A stretch of DNA of 64,000 nt. It comes from an uncultured Rickettsiales bacterium. Lineage in GTDB: Bacteria; Pseudomonadota; Alphaproteobacteria; Rickettsiales; SXRF01. Positions 1 to 9,539 of this stretch are shown here, piece after piece. The stretch covers positions 5,825-69,824 of the forward strand of contig CAZUXB010000004.1 of NCBI GenBank assembly GCA_964624555.1, read 5' to 3'. Each line of letters opens with the position of its first letter. Within the stretch, counting starts at the first letter, position 1. The notes under the pieces are model-generated. The model was not told where the DNA came from. It worked only from the letters and a program-made list of their open reading frames with translations, and did not search any database. The position numbers were made by a program, and so were the translations under genes.

Positions 1-50
1 CATTTTATTGACTGGCAAAGTGGATATAGTTTTGCGATAGGAACTAGCGC

Positions 51-3000
51 ATGAGTCTTGACGACTATATCAGAGACATACAGGAATTGCGTAGAGGAAA
101 TGTTCCTGAACATATTGCCAATGAATACAAAATACTTTCTCCCGATAATCCTATTACGCAAGCTTTTGCACCGCACATGCAAAAATTGTGGGAACGGCTG
201 ATCGGAGCAACCAACCAAGGCGGATATGATCCGCAAAAACATCAAGTCCGGTTTCTGCTTTCCGCTTCTGATGATGTGAATGCGTTTGTATTCACGGACT
301 CTGTGCCTCCAACGATTGTCTTAACTAAAGGTCTTATATCGAAACTTCAGACTGAAGGTGAAATAGCCGGGGTGCTGATGCATGAAAAACTGCATAGCAT
401 TCTTAAAGACCGGCTCGGCTTACATCCCAATAGCTATATGGAAGAAAGCGGCGCGGATATGTATGGTGCCTATGCGCTTTATAAAGCGGGCTTCCCACCC
501 GGCGAAATGGCCACCGCCCTTAATAAGTTGCCGCATGATGGCGTAGTTAATATGGTCGATAAGATGCTGCAGGTGGGTACTGATCCTCATCCACCGATAG
601 AAGAACGGGTGCGTGTGGTTGAAGACACCGTTGCGATATTGCAGAGACTACAAGGATTATCCACTGCAACATCGCAAGATATTGACCCAGCGTTCAAAGC
701 CCAGATAGCGAGTGCGACTTTTGAATCTGCATTCGGCAAAAGACTAGCAGCCATCACTGAGGAGGGAGTCGCACCTGCTGAACAGTTGCGCCGAGCAGCA
801 AATTTTATACCTGACCTGCAACGATTGCCGGACAATGAGTGGGCTGAAAGTCAGATTCAAAGATTTTTTACTGACTTAACAAAAATTGATATTAGCCCGT
901 CTCGGGAGGAAGATAAGCTGGCTTATAAAGAGTTCATGCAGCGTCTGTACGCAAAACCAGAAGCTGTTAGTCGCCGCTGGCAAAGAAGCTTAGTTTTAGG
1001 ACATTCAAATGGTGCTGTTGAGCATCTTGATCAAAAACTTGGCCTAGACAGGATACGTGATTTTAACACCCGAGCCGAATATGCCGGACTGCCAGCAAAT
1101 GAGATAAAGAAAGCTGCTCAGGGAATGATAGGAGCCGTAACGGAAGCAGAGTTCCTGACTCATGCAAGTAACCTTGCCCGCATGCTTGATGTTTATAATA
1201 CAGATAGCAATAGCTTAACATTAAAATTATCGGGTGTACTTTATAACTACCCTACGCAGGCTATTGACGCATCACAAGTTCAAGCAATAAATGATTCGAT
1301 AATACAGGCTGGTGATTCTCCGCAAGCTCTAAGCGAGGCAATTGCTAAACATGGAATAAAACTACCGTGGCATGACCATATTACGTGGGCGCAGCAAGCG
1401 ATGGCTGGCGGTCATCCTGAAGCAATGAAAGCGCTGCACTATCTGGGAATAGGTAATGTTGATCCAAGAGTAGCAGAATTTCCTGGGGTTTCTCCAATTG
1501 ATGGTGGCATCCATCAAAAGAGTAGGATGTTAATTAATCCTGCGAACGGTATGATTCAGGGAACGATTGACCGCAGGCAAGAGACTAGCTATTCGCGCCC
1601 GCTTAATCTGGAAAAAGAGAAAGAAAGACTCGCTGCGTTTGATCTTCAGCAAAAAGCAGCAGTAGCCACTGCTGATTGGGGGCTGCTGGAACGTGATTTC
1701 CATGAATTCACAAGGCAATATAAACGCTTCTTATCGCCACTTGGTACAGATTGGCCGGAATCAGCACCTTTTGCTCAGCGTTTCATTCAGGAATCGGAAA
1801 AATTACTGGCAAAAGACAGAGCTAAATATGCACCGCTGCTAAAAGAGTATTTAGGTATTACCGATGAAACCGCTGCCCATCTCAGGGACATTTATACGCG
1901 TGCCCAATCTAAAGATATTATAGAGTTAGCTAGAGCAGAGAGCGATTACAACAGGTTATCATATCATGCTCCTTATTCAGATAGAAGCATGGTGATGCGT
2001 CGTTCTGATGCTTTTTCAGATACTCATTTAGATATTATACAAGGCGGTAAATTTGAAATTCATCCAACACATCCATTTGTAGGGTTTGTGGTTCAGGATA
2101 AACATAATCTCTTCTCGGTTGCTGATAAAGTTGAGCTTCTAAGCGGTGTTGTAGGAGGATTTATCCATCCTATTGCAGCACCAGAGAGAGTTTATGGCTT
2201 TGCTACTCCCAATACCATGCAGGAATTACGCGCAGCGATGGATGTAGTTCGCACCAGCCCTCTTGATGCATCTTCAGACAGAGCAAATTATACGGGCATG
2301 GCCAATGACTATTTAAGATTTAACTATTTAGTAAACCATCCTGATGAAGCCTATTCGCGCCGTGATTTAGAACTTTTCACCTCTGTTCACAGATTAGACG
2401 GAAGCAACTTTAACGCTGGGGGATTGCCCGAACAGGATGTTATTAAAGCTATTTTAGCGAAACACAATGAACGCCTTGTTGCGCATGAGATTAGCCCACA
2501 GTCAACTTTGGAAGAAACGATACAAGGTTTCCGCCAATTCGCTGATGAAGGGAATTCGTACTTCAAACAGCATCCAGAAATACGCGTTCAGTATGAGCAA
2601 AAAATATTAGCCGGATTAGCACAATTAAGAGATGCCGATCCGCAGGAAGCCAGCCGCCTTACCAAAATGTTATTATATACCGAACATAAGGGGCATATTG
2701 GCCAGCTTGGTGCTCTACGTGGCAATGGCAAAACCATGACCCCTGAATTTTTGAATAGTAAATTCAAACAAGAGGTAATGTCCCATTATGTAGCCGCTCA
2801 AGCTGCTTTGCTTGGAACAGATGATTTAAGCCAGCAATATTCCACAAGGGCAAAGGCTGCCATTGACGAAGTAGTAGCGCGTGTTTCCGGCAATTCCCGC
2901 TATGAAATACTACGCGATCTAACCGACGCAGTAGTGTCCGGCAAAGAGGTTAGCTACTACGCACGCGATAGCTTAATGCGTATAACCAACGACCAGATAA

Positions 3001-6000
3001 GCCATGCTGATAATTCCCTACGCGGAAGTTATATGGCCAATCAATTCCTAGAGAAGAAATCTCCCGAAAGACAGGCAAGTTTTATAAAATTCTTGCGCGG
3101 AGGGTATGACGAACAAAGTGCAGTAGAATTTTTAAGAGTAATCGAAGATAGAGAAAAATACGAAGCGCTTAAGCTAAGAGAACAGGAGTTGCAGGAACAA
3201 GCAAAGGCCCAAAAAGCAAAGATTGCTATTATAGACCAAGCAATGGACGATAATCGTAAGCTCGCCGCACAAAATCAAGGTGAAGGATTTATTCCTACCG
3301 TTGCTTCCGAAGAGCGCAGTACACAACTATATAAAGAATATATTAAGTTAGAAGAGCAAAGGCGTGAACACGCATATGCAATCCACTCCATAGAAAGCGA
3401 ATTAGAAAATAAAGTAAAAACTGAGCTGCAAAACAGAGATTTTGCAACCACTAAACTTTGGAAACAAATAATAACCGGCGATGTTTACACTGATTCGGCT
3501 CCTGTTACTGAGGCGCAGAAAATCCTCTATCTGCAAATGCAGCATGATAATTTCTGGGCAATGTCCACAGAAGGGCGGACAATGGTATTGTCACGCCAGC
3601 TATTTCCTACTGACATGCCGGATGCAGAAGCTGAAGCCCATTTCCAGCAGCAAAAAAGTCGAATCTTAGCGGAGCAGCTTCCTGATAGCATGAAAAGTGG
3701 TTCTGATGCACGGGTGATTGCAGAAAAATATATGGAGCATATACCTCGTGCAGAAGCACGTTTGTTCCTGAGTGCGCTTATTGCCTCCCGTGACCCACGT
3801 GTTGCCCATGAGGCCTCGTTAGGTGATGCTATCGGCCTACTTGCCAAGGCAATGGGTTCTGCGGAAAACAAGCTGGCGCAGGTTGGGCATAGCCTTGAAG
3901 CAACACCTGATGATATTCGTGCAGGTCTTGCACATTCAAAAAGCGATTATAAAAAACCATCAAGATGGGCTTCGTTTGAGTGGATTGAAACGCATGGCCC
4001 ACCAGCAGCTGGGCAAGCCCATGTTGGAGCGTTACTGGGAGCAGGCTCATATAACGTAACGTGGCCATTGGAATACCCGGATGGACGGCAGACCGCACTT
4101 AATATGCTTCGTCCTTATGTTGAAGAAAGCTCAACTTACGGTTTTGATATTCTCGAAAAAACTGCACGGGCACTTGTAGCAGATGACAGGAAATACCAAC
4201 CACTCCTCGACCTAGTGCAGGAAACCAGACGGCAGTTTCCAAATGAAGTGAATACCCGCCTCGCTGCTGGACAGGCTATCGTTGCTGACCAGAACTACCA
4301 TGGCACAGTGGTTAAAGCAGGGGGATATGAATTTCATATCACCACGGCTGACTGGATCGCGCATGGTGACAGCTATAAAGAAACGCTTATTGCTCCCGGC
4401 AAACATTTTAGTGACTTGCCAGAATCAACATCGGCGGAGTTGGCATTTAAGAAGGCTGCTGCCAAAGCACTCTTTACGGTAGAACTTTCGCAATGGTCAC
4501 GAGGACATGCGACTGACCCTGACCGTCACGGTAAGCAGCAAAAGATTATCGCTGATCCGAATAATCCAACCGTAGCATTGGTTACTATGTTCGACCATGG
4601 GATGCAGAAACTAGATGCACCTTCACTTAAAACCCAAATGGTAGCAGGCAGGGCGATAGAAAGCGCGGTGGCACTATCTAAAAAGAGCGGCATTGGCTTC
4701 GGAGAAGCTTTGGCTAGTGTCATTGATGCAAAGGTCAGCGGTTATGCTGATAGTGTTCCGCCCGAGGAAATTCAGCATTTATCTTCACTTAAACGCGGGC
4801 TACTGCAAATGGGCGATTATGTTCAGTATATGGACAAAGCCGATATTGCTGAATCCATATCAGCCATACGTAAAGCCGGGGCAGTTTCAACCGGCTTAAA
4901 GCTTGGTATTATGCAAGAGCGTGTAAGCAGTGAAGGTGTTGCCGGATTACTGCCAAGGTTTGGCGGCAGTGAAGCAAAACCTGACCCTGCCAATAGAATT
5001 GTATTAGCGCATGATTTTGCTACTGTAGAACAAACTAAGCTTAGATTGAATCCATCCTATGCCGCACTGGTAAATCCTGCTCCGCCTAAACCCGTGTTAA
5101 CCATAGTTCCTGATACAGGCCAGCAAGTAGCACCGCCTCAAGAAAGTAATAGACCTGCCCCCGGTCCACGTGGCAACAGGCCCGGCTCATCATCAGTAAT
5201 TGGTATCGCACCACAACCTTTACCATTGAATACCACGCCAGTTGTCGGTGGATTGGCTTTGGTAGCAGAACTGCAAACTCCGCTTCAGCTTGCTCCGGCT
5301 ACTGAAACAATTGTATCTCCGGCACACATGCCTGCTGCTGCTAATGAGCCTAGCATCAATCCAACACCAAAAGCCGATGTTAAGCCAACTCCGCACACAC
5401 CAGTGACCACTGCACCAAAAGTTCACGCAGCTACACGTACCACTGGTTCCGCCGGTGCAGCACTTGGAATTAAAGGATTAGTGGATAGTTTTAGTGAAGG
5501 CGGAAGTTATCAAAAAGCGTCACAAGTTGGTGGTGAACAGCTTTACTCAGAAAGAGCGGCAATTGCCGGGGACGTTGCAGGCATTGCTACCGGCGCGGGT
5601 GATATTATAGGCAAAGCAAGTAAGGCTGTTCAATTTTTAGGACGTGCTGCTCCTATTGTTGCTGCTGGAGGCACAATTCTTAGAGTAAATGCTGCTGATA
5701 AAGCGCAAGATGGGCGCACAGGAATAGGAGCCATTACTGGCTTTGTAGGTGCTATGGGTTCAGGTGCCGCTACTGGTTTTGTCGCTGGTACTCAAACAGC
5801 AAATCCATGGGTTACAGCAGGGAGTGCGTTTGGTGGCGCATTGGTAGGTGGTTATCTGGCAACTGATGCCGGAAAGGAATCACAGCTTGGCGATCAAAGA
5901 CAACGCGATCTCGACCATGCGGCACAGGTAATTATAGATAAGAATATAGCTACCTTCCAGACACTGGAAAAAATGCGCTTATATGGTGGTATGTGGATTA

Positions 6001-6788
6001 AGCCAGAACGTATAACCGTCCGCCAAATTACTAAAGCAATGCATGAGCAGTATATGCGCCTGTCTGTTCTGGATATTCCGCCAACAGATATTGATGGTCA
6101 TATGCGTCTGGAATTCCAAAAACGCCAAACTTTGCAGTTTATTGATTACATGAACGGCAAAGAAGGTACGCCGATGCCACAAAGCAGTATTGAGGTAGCA
6201 AGTAACTTATCGCGCAAGCTTGATGCACTCCTGCCGCAGTTAAATGATCCGAAACTCGGCTGGCAGAAATATCTGGATGCTGACGGTGATGGCAAAGTAT
6301 CTCGTGCGGATGTATTGGCAACTCTCTCAAAATACGGCGCAGAGATACATACTCTCAGTATGGATGGGATTAACCTGACCATTGGCGAACTGACTGGTGC
6401 GCTAAAAGCATTGGGTGTTGATCAAGGAACAACTCGTACCGAGCGTGTAGGTCGCGCTATTCAAACCACTTCCTTAGTCCCACTTATTAACGATGAAGTT
6501 CATGAGAACTTTGGTGGTCGTGCAGGTTATGGTAAATTTATAGAGGCCATAAAAGCGCAGCTTCCAGCACTAGAAAAACTTGGTATTTCTAAGTATATCG
6601 GCAACGGCGATAGCAAGATTACCCTTGATGAAATCATGGACACCTGCAAGAAAAATGGTATTCGCATAAGCGAGATAGACCGCGACGGTGACGGAAAAAT
6701 AACCGCCGGGGAAATTGTTCAGGCACTACAAACACGGGGTATAGGAATGCCGCAAGCCAATGGAAAGAATGACTCTGGTCGTACGTAG
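51..6788 (+). CDS. Giant 2245-aa mosaic, effector-like protein: N-terminal M48-type Zn-protease motif, central ABC1/UbiB-like kinase-fold region, Pro-rich linker, Gly/Ala-rich hydrophobic segment, C-terminal EF-hand-like loops
   Basis: Uninterrupted 6.7-kb ORF. Protease motif: VLMHEKLHS (HExxH), then EESGADMYGAYALYKAGFPP (M48/BepA-like third ligand). ABC1/UbiB signatures in order: LGAGSYNVTW, TALNMLRP, NEVNTRLAAGQA, HATDPDRHGKQQ, MFDHGM. Pro-rich PPKPVLTIVPDTGQQVAPPQESNRPAPGPRGNRPG. Ca-binding loops DADGDGKVSRAD and DRDGDGKITAGE. Confidence 0.8.
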   Translation: MSLDDYIRDIQELRRGNVPEHIANEYKILSPDNPITQAFAPHMQKLWERLIGATNQGGYDPQKHQVRFLLSASDDVNAFVFTDSVPPTIVLTKGLISKLQTEGEIAGVLMHEKLHSILKDRLGLHPNSYMEESGADMYGAYALYKAGFPPGEMATALNKLPHDGVVNMVDKMLQVGTDPHPPIEERVRVVEDTVAILQRLQGLSTATSQDIDPAFKAQIASATFESAFGKRLAAITEEGVAPAEQLRRAANFIPDLQRLPDNEWAESQIQRFFTDLTKIDISPSREEDKLAYKEFMQRLYAKPEAVSRRWQRSLVLGHSNGAVEHLDQKLGLDRIRDFNTRAEYAGLPANEIKKAAQGMIGAVTEAEFLTHASNLARMLDVYNTDSNSLTLKLSGVLYNYPTQAIDASQVQAINDSIIQAGDSPQALSEAIAKHGIKLPWHDHITWAQQAMAGGHPEAMKALHYLGIGNVDPRVAEFPGVSPIDGGIHQKSRMLINPANGMIQGTIDRRQETSYSRPLNLEKEKERLAAFDLQQKAAVATADWGLLERDFHEFTRQYKRFLSPLGTDWPESAPFAQRFIQESEKLLAKDRAKYAPLLKEYLGITDETAAHLRDIYTRAQSKDIIELARAESDYNRLSYHAPYSDRSMVMRRSDAFSDTHLDIIQGGKFEIHPTHPFVGFVVQDKHNLFSVADKVELLSGVVGGFIHPIAAPERVYGFATPNTMQELRAAMDVVRTSPLDASSDRANYTGMANDYLRFNYLVNHPDEAYSRRDLELFTSVHRLDGSNFNAGGLPEQDVIKAILAKHNERLVAHEISPQSTLEETIQGFRQFADEGNSYFKQHPEIRVQYEQKILAGLAQLRDADPQEASRLTKMLLYTEHKGHIGQLGALRGNGKTMTPEFLNSKFKQEVMSHYVAAQAALLGTDDLSQQYSTRAKAAIDEVVARVSGNSRYEILRDLTDAVVSGKEVSYYARDSLMRITNDQISHADNSLRGSYMANQFLEKKSPERQASFIKFLRGGYDEQSAVEFLRVIEDREKYEALKLREQELQEQAKAQKAKIAIIDQAMDDNRKLAAQNQGEGFIPTVASEERSTQLYKEYIKLEEQRREHAYAIHSIESELENKVKTELQNRDFATTKLWKQIITGDVYTDSAPVTEAQKILYLQMQHDNFWAMSTEGRTMVLSRQLFPTDMPDAEAEAHFQQQKSRILAEQLPDSMKSGSDARVIAEKYMEHIPRAEARLFLSALIASRDPRVAHEASLGDAIGLLAKAMGSAENKLAQVGHSLEATPDDIRAGLAHSKSDYKKPSRWASFEWIETHGPPAAGQAHVGALLGAGSYNVTWPLEYPDGRQTALNMLRPYVEESSTYGFDILEKTARALVADDRKYQPLLDLVQETRRQFPNEVNTRLAAGQAIVADQNYHGTVVKAGGYEFHITTADWIAHGDSYKETLIAPGKHFSDLPESTSAELAFKKAAAKALFTVELSQWSRGHATDPDRHGKQQKIIADPNNPTVALVTMFDHGMQKLDAPSLKTQMVAGRAIESAVALSKKSGIGFGEALASVIDAKVSGYADSVPPEEIQHLSSLKRGLLQMGDYVQYMDKADIAESISAIRKAGAVSTGLKLGIMQERVSSEGVAGLLPRFGGSEAKPDPANRIVLAHDFATVEQTKLRLNPSYAALVNPAPPKPVLTIVPDTGQQVAPPQESNRPAPGPRGNRPGSSSVIGIAPQPLPLNTTPVVGGLALVAELQTPLQLAPATETIVSPAHMPAAANEPSINPTPKADVKPTPHTPVTTAPKVHAATRTTGSAGAALGIKGLVDSFSEGGSYQKASQVGGEQLYSERAAIAGDVAGIATGAGDIIGKASKAVQFLGRAAPIVAAGGTILRVNAADKAQDGRTGIGAITGFVGAMGSGAATGFVAGTQTANPWVTAGSAFGGALVGGYLATDAGKESQLGDQRQRDLDHAAQVIIDKNIATFQTLEKMRLYGGMWIKPERITVRQITKAMHEQYMRLSVLDIPPTDIDGHMRLEFQKRQTLQFIDYMNGKEGTPMPQSSIEVASNLSRKLDALLPQLNDPKLGWQKYLDADGDGKVSRADVLATLSKYGAEIHTLSMDGINLTIGELTGALKALGVDQGTTRTERVGRAIQTTSLVPLINDEVHENFGGRAGYGKFIEAIKAQLPALEKLGISKYIGNGDSKITLDEIMDTCKKNGIRISEIDRDGDGKITAGEIVQALQTRGIGMPQANGKNDSGRT

Positions 6789-6799
6789 TTTTCCTGCTG

Positions 6800-7282
6800 T
6801 TATTTGCTTTCATTTATCCAAAATACAATCACCAGTGCCAAACCAATTATTGCACTTACCAGTAACGAATGCCAAAGTTCTGAGAATGATGATGCAAACC
6901 AATTAATAATAGATGTTAGGATCGTTGCACTTGCTGCAAACCACCACCCTATAAATTCTGCTATAAGATTTTTGCGTAGCTCTGTTTTAGTATAAGGGGT
7001 GTTTTGCCACTTATTAATTCGTTTCTGAAGTTTCTTATCCAAAACATTTGCGTAGTCAGCGATTAGTGGCAGATTGCAGCGCATCCATGATAGAGCTTCC
7101 ATATCCATTGGACTTGGCAAATATTTTGTATCACTTTCTATAAGCTGCAATTGCCGCTCAATAGCTTCAAGCTGCATCGCCAATTTTCGTATATTATGCT
7201 TTTTACCTAGCAGCACATGATACCCCGACATAGTGAACGATACCACCAAGACAGTTAGTCTCAGTGGTGCCGGGTTGTTCAA
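6800..7282 (-). CDS. Hypothetical membrane protein (160 aa)
   Basis: ORF convergent with the giant gene, 11 nt between stops. Hydrophobic stretches LRLTVLVVSFTMSGYHVLL, WWFAASATILTSIINWF and VSAIIGLALVIVFWI. No family recognised. Confidence 0.5.
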   Translation of the reverse strand: MNNPAPLRLTVLVVSFTMSGYHVLLGKKHNIRKLAMQLEAIERQLQLIESDTKYLPSPMDMEALSWMRCNLPLIADYANVLDKKLQKRINKWQNTPYTKTELRKNLIAEFIGWWFAASATILTSIINWFASSFSELWHSLLVSAIIGLALVIVFWINESK

Positions 7283-7762
7283 AAAGCTGTAGTGAAACAG
7301 CCACGGCGTTTTTAGCCGAAGCCTGTTATATGTGCGCCGTCAACCCGACCTACTGGTCGAGAGACAGCATCAATCACGGTCTGATGCAGAACCGTTCACT
7401 AAGGGCTTTTTGAAGACCCAACACCTTATGAGTGTCATGGAAACCATATCATGAATAATCAGCGCGTCAAACAATCCCTGAAAAATCAATTTTGCATAAT
7501 CAATTTATTATTGCTCCTCTCTAGGACTGTTGCTACTGAAAACACCATAAATTTGCTCTTCGCACACGCACGTGTACACAGCTGTGCTAACTAATATTCA
7601 GTTATGTTATATAATTCAATCGGTTGATATTTTAGCAGAGGTGCGTTGACGTGCTAATTGCTAATATCATGATATTTAATGATAAAACGCTCATATTAAT
7701 CAATAATGCAAAAATATATGCTAATTAATCAATGTTATTTTTTATTGATTACACAAAATTGA

Positions 7763-8494
7763 TTAATCATAGCTGAGTAAATGCTCTTCAGATAGCAATG
7801 CACGAAAAGTATTTAAGGCGACCTTATTTTCCGATGTTCGAAATTTTGAGAGATATTTATGTGCTGACATTTTGGTACCGGCGCTAGAAGTAGCATAACT
7901 TTCAAGAAAGCTCATAAATTCACTAATTGATTTTCTGTCGAGTCGATCCGCATCTTTATTGCTAATTAGTTTTTTTACTGCATTATCTTCAATAGATTCT
8001 GCTAATTTAGATGCTGCAAATATTGGATTTTTTTTCTCAGCAGAATGGGCAATGAGTATAGTTCTTACACACCAAGCAATTCTTTTGTTCATGATTGTAT
8101 GATTTTCGAAAGTTTTAGAGTAATGTACTAAAAACCATCCAAGATCAGAAGCATGTTCTATTTCTTGACTGTAAGAATCTCGAAAGCGGAACTGTTTCTT
8201 TAAGCATTCAAAGAATCCATTTTGATCGTGGAGCGGTTGAGCTTCATAAACAATATGACAAACAAATAAATCACCACTTTCCGCCTTTTGAATTAGTTGA
8301 TTTTGTGGATAGAAAGATAAAGAAAAGTTAACTTCTAAAATATGCTTAGGCTTTGTATCGGGCGTTACTAAAAGAATATCCGTATCGGAAGCTTCTTCGT
8401 GATCGCCTCTAGCCCTACTGCCAAAAAGTGCAGCAGCAACAATTGAGGAATTATCCTCATAAAACTGAGAAAATTCTTTTATTCTAGTTTCCAT
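7763..8494 (-). CDS. Pol-beta/MNT-type nucleotidyltransferase-domain protein with helical C-terminal tail carrying a candidate HEPN-like Rx5H motif
   Basis: 243-aa ORF whose start overlaps the upstream WYL gene by 11 nt. LFGSRARGDHEEASDTDILLV fits the minimal NTase signature (GS-x10-DxD). The C-terminal half contains RTILIAH. AT-rich: hand count 19/60 G+C in 7801-7860. Confidence 0.75.
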   Translation of the reverse strand: METRIKEFSQFYEDNSSIVAAALFGSRARGDHEEASDTDILLVTPDTKPKHILEVNFSLSFYPQNQLIQKAESGDLFVCHIVYEAQPLHDQNGFFECLKKQFRFRDSYSQEIEHASDLGWFLVHYSKTFENHTIMNKRIAWCVRTILIAHSAEKKNPIFAASKLAESIEDNAVKKLISNKDADRLDRKSISEFMSFLESYATSSAGTKMSAHKYLSKFRTSENKVALNTFRALLSEEHLLSYD

Positions 8495-9422
8495 TATTTT
8501 CCGTACAGAAATTTTTTAATGCTTCTGCCGCCCTTACGCGGGCTTCATCTCGTGCATTTTCAATTTCAAGTCTATTTAACAAAATTATCTGCTGTTTATC
8601 AGGCTTTATTTTTCCTGGCTCTACATCTAAATTATACTCATTCATTAGATAAAAAGTTAGGCTAATTCGCGTGGGAATAACTAACTTTCCATCTTTCATA
8701 TCATATTCTGTGCTTATTGCTTTTTGTTTATCCGCAGAAAGTTCTGGATTTGGAGTGATAACCAAATTGATCATTTCGTTCCAAGCAATATCACATATTG
8801 ATTTATCAATTGAAGGGTTGGCCTCAAATACCTGAGAAATTCGACCTAGATGAAAGTCATTAAAATTGTCATGTTCTTTACACCATGCACGGATATACCA
8901 ACGTCCTGCACTGTTAATGAGTGTATGTGGAACTATATGTCGCACAACATCAGCTTTGCCGCTCATGGAATTGTAGTTGATTCTAAGCTCAAGCTTATTT
9001 CGGATAGCATCTAGAATTGCTAGCAGTAAAGATGATGAAGTAGATTTCCCCTTTAAAGTAACAATTTCAGCGGGTGGAAGGGTATCAAACCACGTATCTT
9101 CTTTTTTTATAAAACCACTTTTAATTCCCATAAGTTGCAGAAGATAGCGGTCAGTATTATGTCCAATCAAGCATGGCTTGAATGCCGAGCGACGTATAAA
9201 TGCTTTTCGGGCATTATCATATTCTAAGTTAGCAGGTGCCAATTCTTGATATTGGCTAATATCAGCAGATGCCTGCTGCGCAGATATATTGAAAACGTCA
9301 ATCAAATCTTTTCGGTTGAAGTACCCGTCCCACAATAAACGGAAATCAATGAATTCTAATCGGCGTTGTACTCCCCAGCGCACGGAATCCGGCAAAGAAA
9401 CAGGCACATCTTCATTATTCAT
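8484..9422 (-). CDS. wHTH + WYL-domain transcriptional regulator (CapW/BrxR-like architecture)
   Basis: 312 aa. N-terminal HTH-like RLEFIDFRLLWDGYFNRKDLIDVFNISAQQASADISQYQ. WYL-type core GRWYIRAWCKEHDNFNDFHLGRISQV, followed by a ~100-aa C-terminal extension. Divergent from the Thoeris operon. Confidence 0.75.
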   Translation of the reverse strand: MNNEDVPVSLPDSVRWGVQRRLEFIDFRLLWDGYFNRKDLIDVFNISAQQASADISQYQELAPANLEYDNARKAFIRRSAFKPCLIGHNTDRYLLQLMGIKSGFIKKEDTWFDTLPPAEIVTLKGKSTSSSLLLAILDAIRNKLELRINYNSMSGKADVVRHIVPHTLINSAGRWYIRAWCKEHDNFNDFHLGRISQVFEANPSIDKSICDIAWNEMINLVITPNPELSADKQKAISTEYDMKDGKLVIPTRISLTFYLMNEYNLDVEPGKIKPDKQQIILLNRLEIENARDEARVRAAEALKNFCTENNGN

Positions 9423-9454
9423 AAAAAACCCATCAAATAACTTGACGCACTCGG

Positions 9455-9489
9455 CTGGATAATGTATCCAGTTACTAGATGCATCTAGT
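9455..9489. promoter_or_regulatory. Two adjacent palindromes in the divergent control region; candidate operators for the WYL regulator
   Basis: CTGGAT-aatgt-ATCCAG at 9455-9471 and the perfect 16-mer ACTAGATG|CATCTAGT at 9474-9489. They lie 33-67 nt upstream of the WYL start and 51-85 nt upstream of the first plus-strand ORF. Confidence 0.45.
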
Positions 9490-9539
9490 TTGTTGTCTGA
9501 TTATACACTGTTAACCCAATGAATTAAAGGAAAAAGATT

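Noticed and set aside
1-50. Promoter for the giant gene (TTGACT at 8-13)
   Set aside because: There is no acceptable -10 at 16-18 nt spacing (the TATAGT at 25-30 is only 11 nt away), and the window edge truncates the region.
6789-7762. Direct repeat of the tRNA-Pro 3' end (att site), or an integrase, at the left border of the defence island
   Set aside because: I read the region for ggattcgaacc / gataggattc-like strings and found none, and there is no integrase-like ORF. The island border therefore remains undefined.
7695-7768. Four copies of ATTAATCAAT / ATTGATTA(A/C) just downstream of the NTase stop; possible iterons or binding sites
   Set aside because: The region is extremely AT-rich and the copies also form a weak AT-only hairpin (taatcaat-N10-attgatta). 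Low-complexity chance or a weak terminator is sufficient to explain it. Noted but not called.
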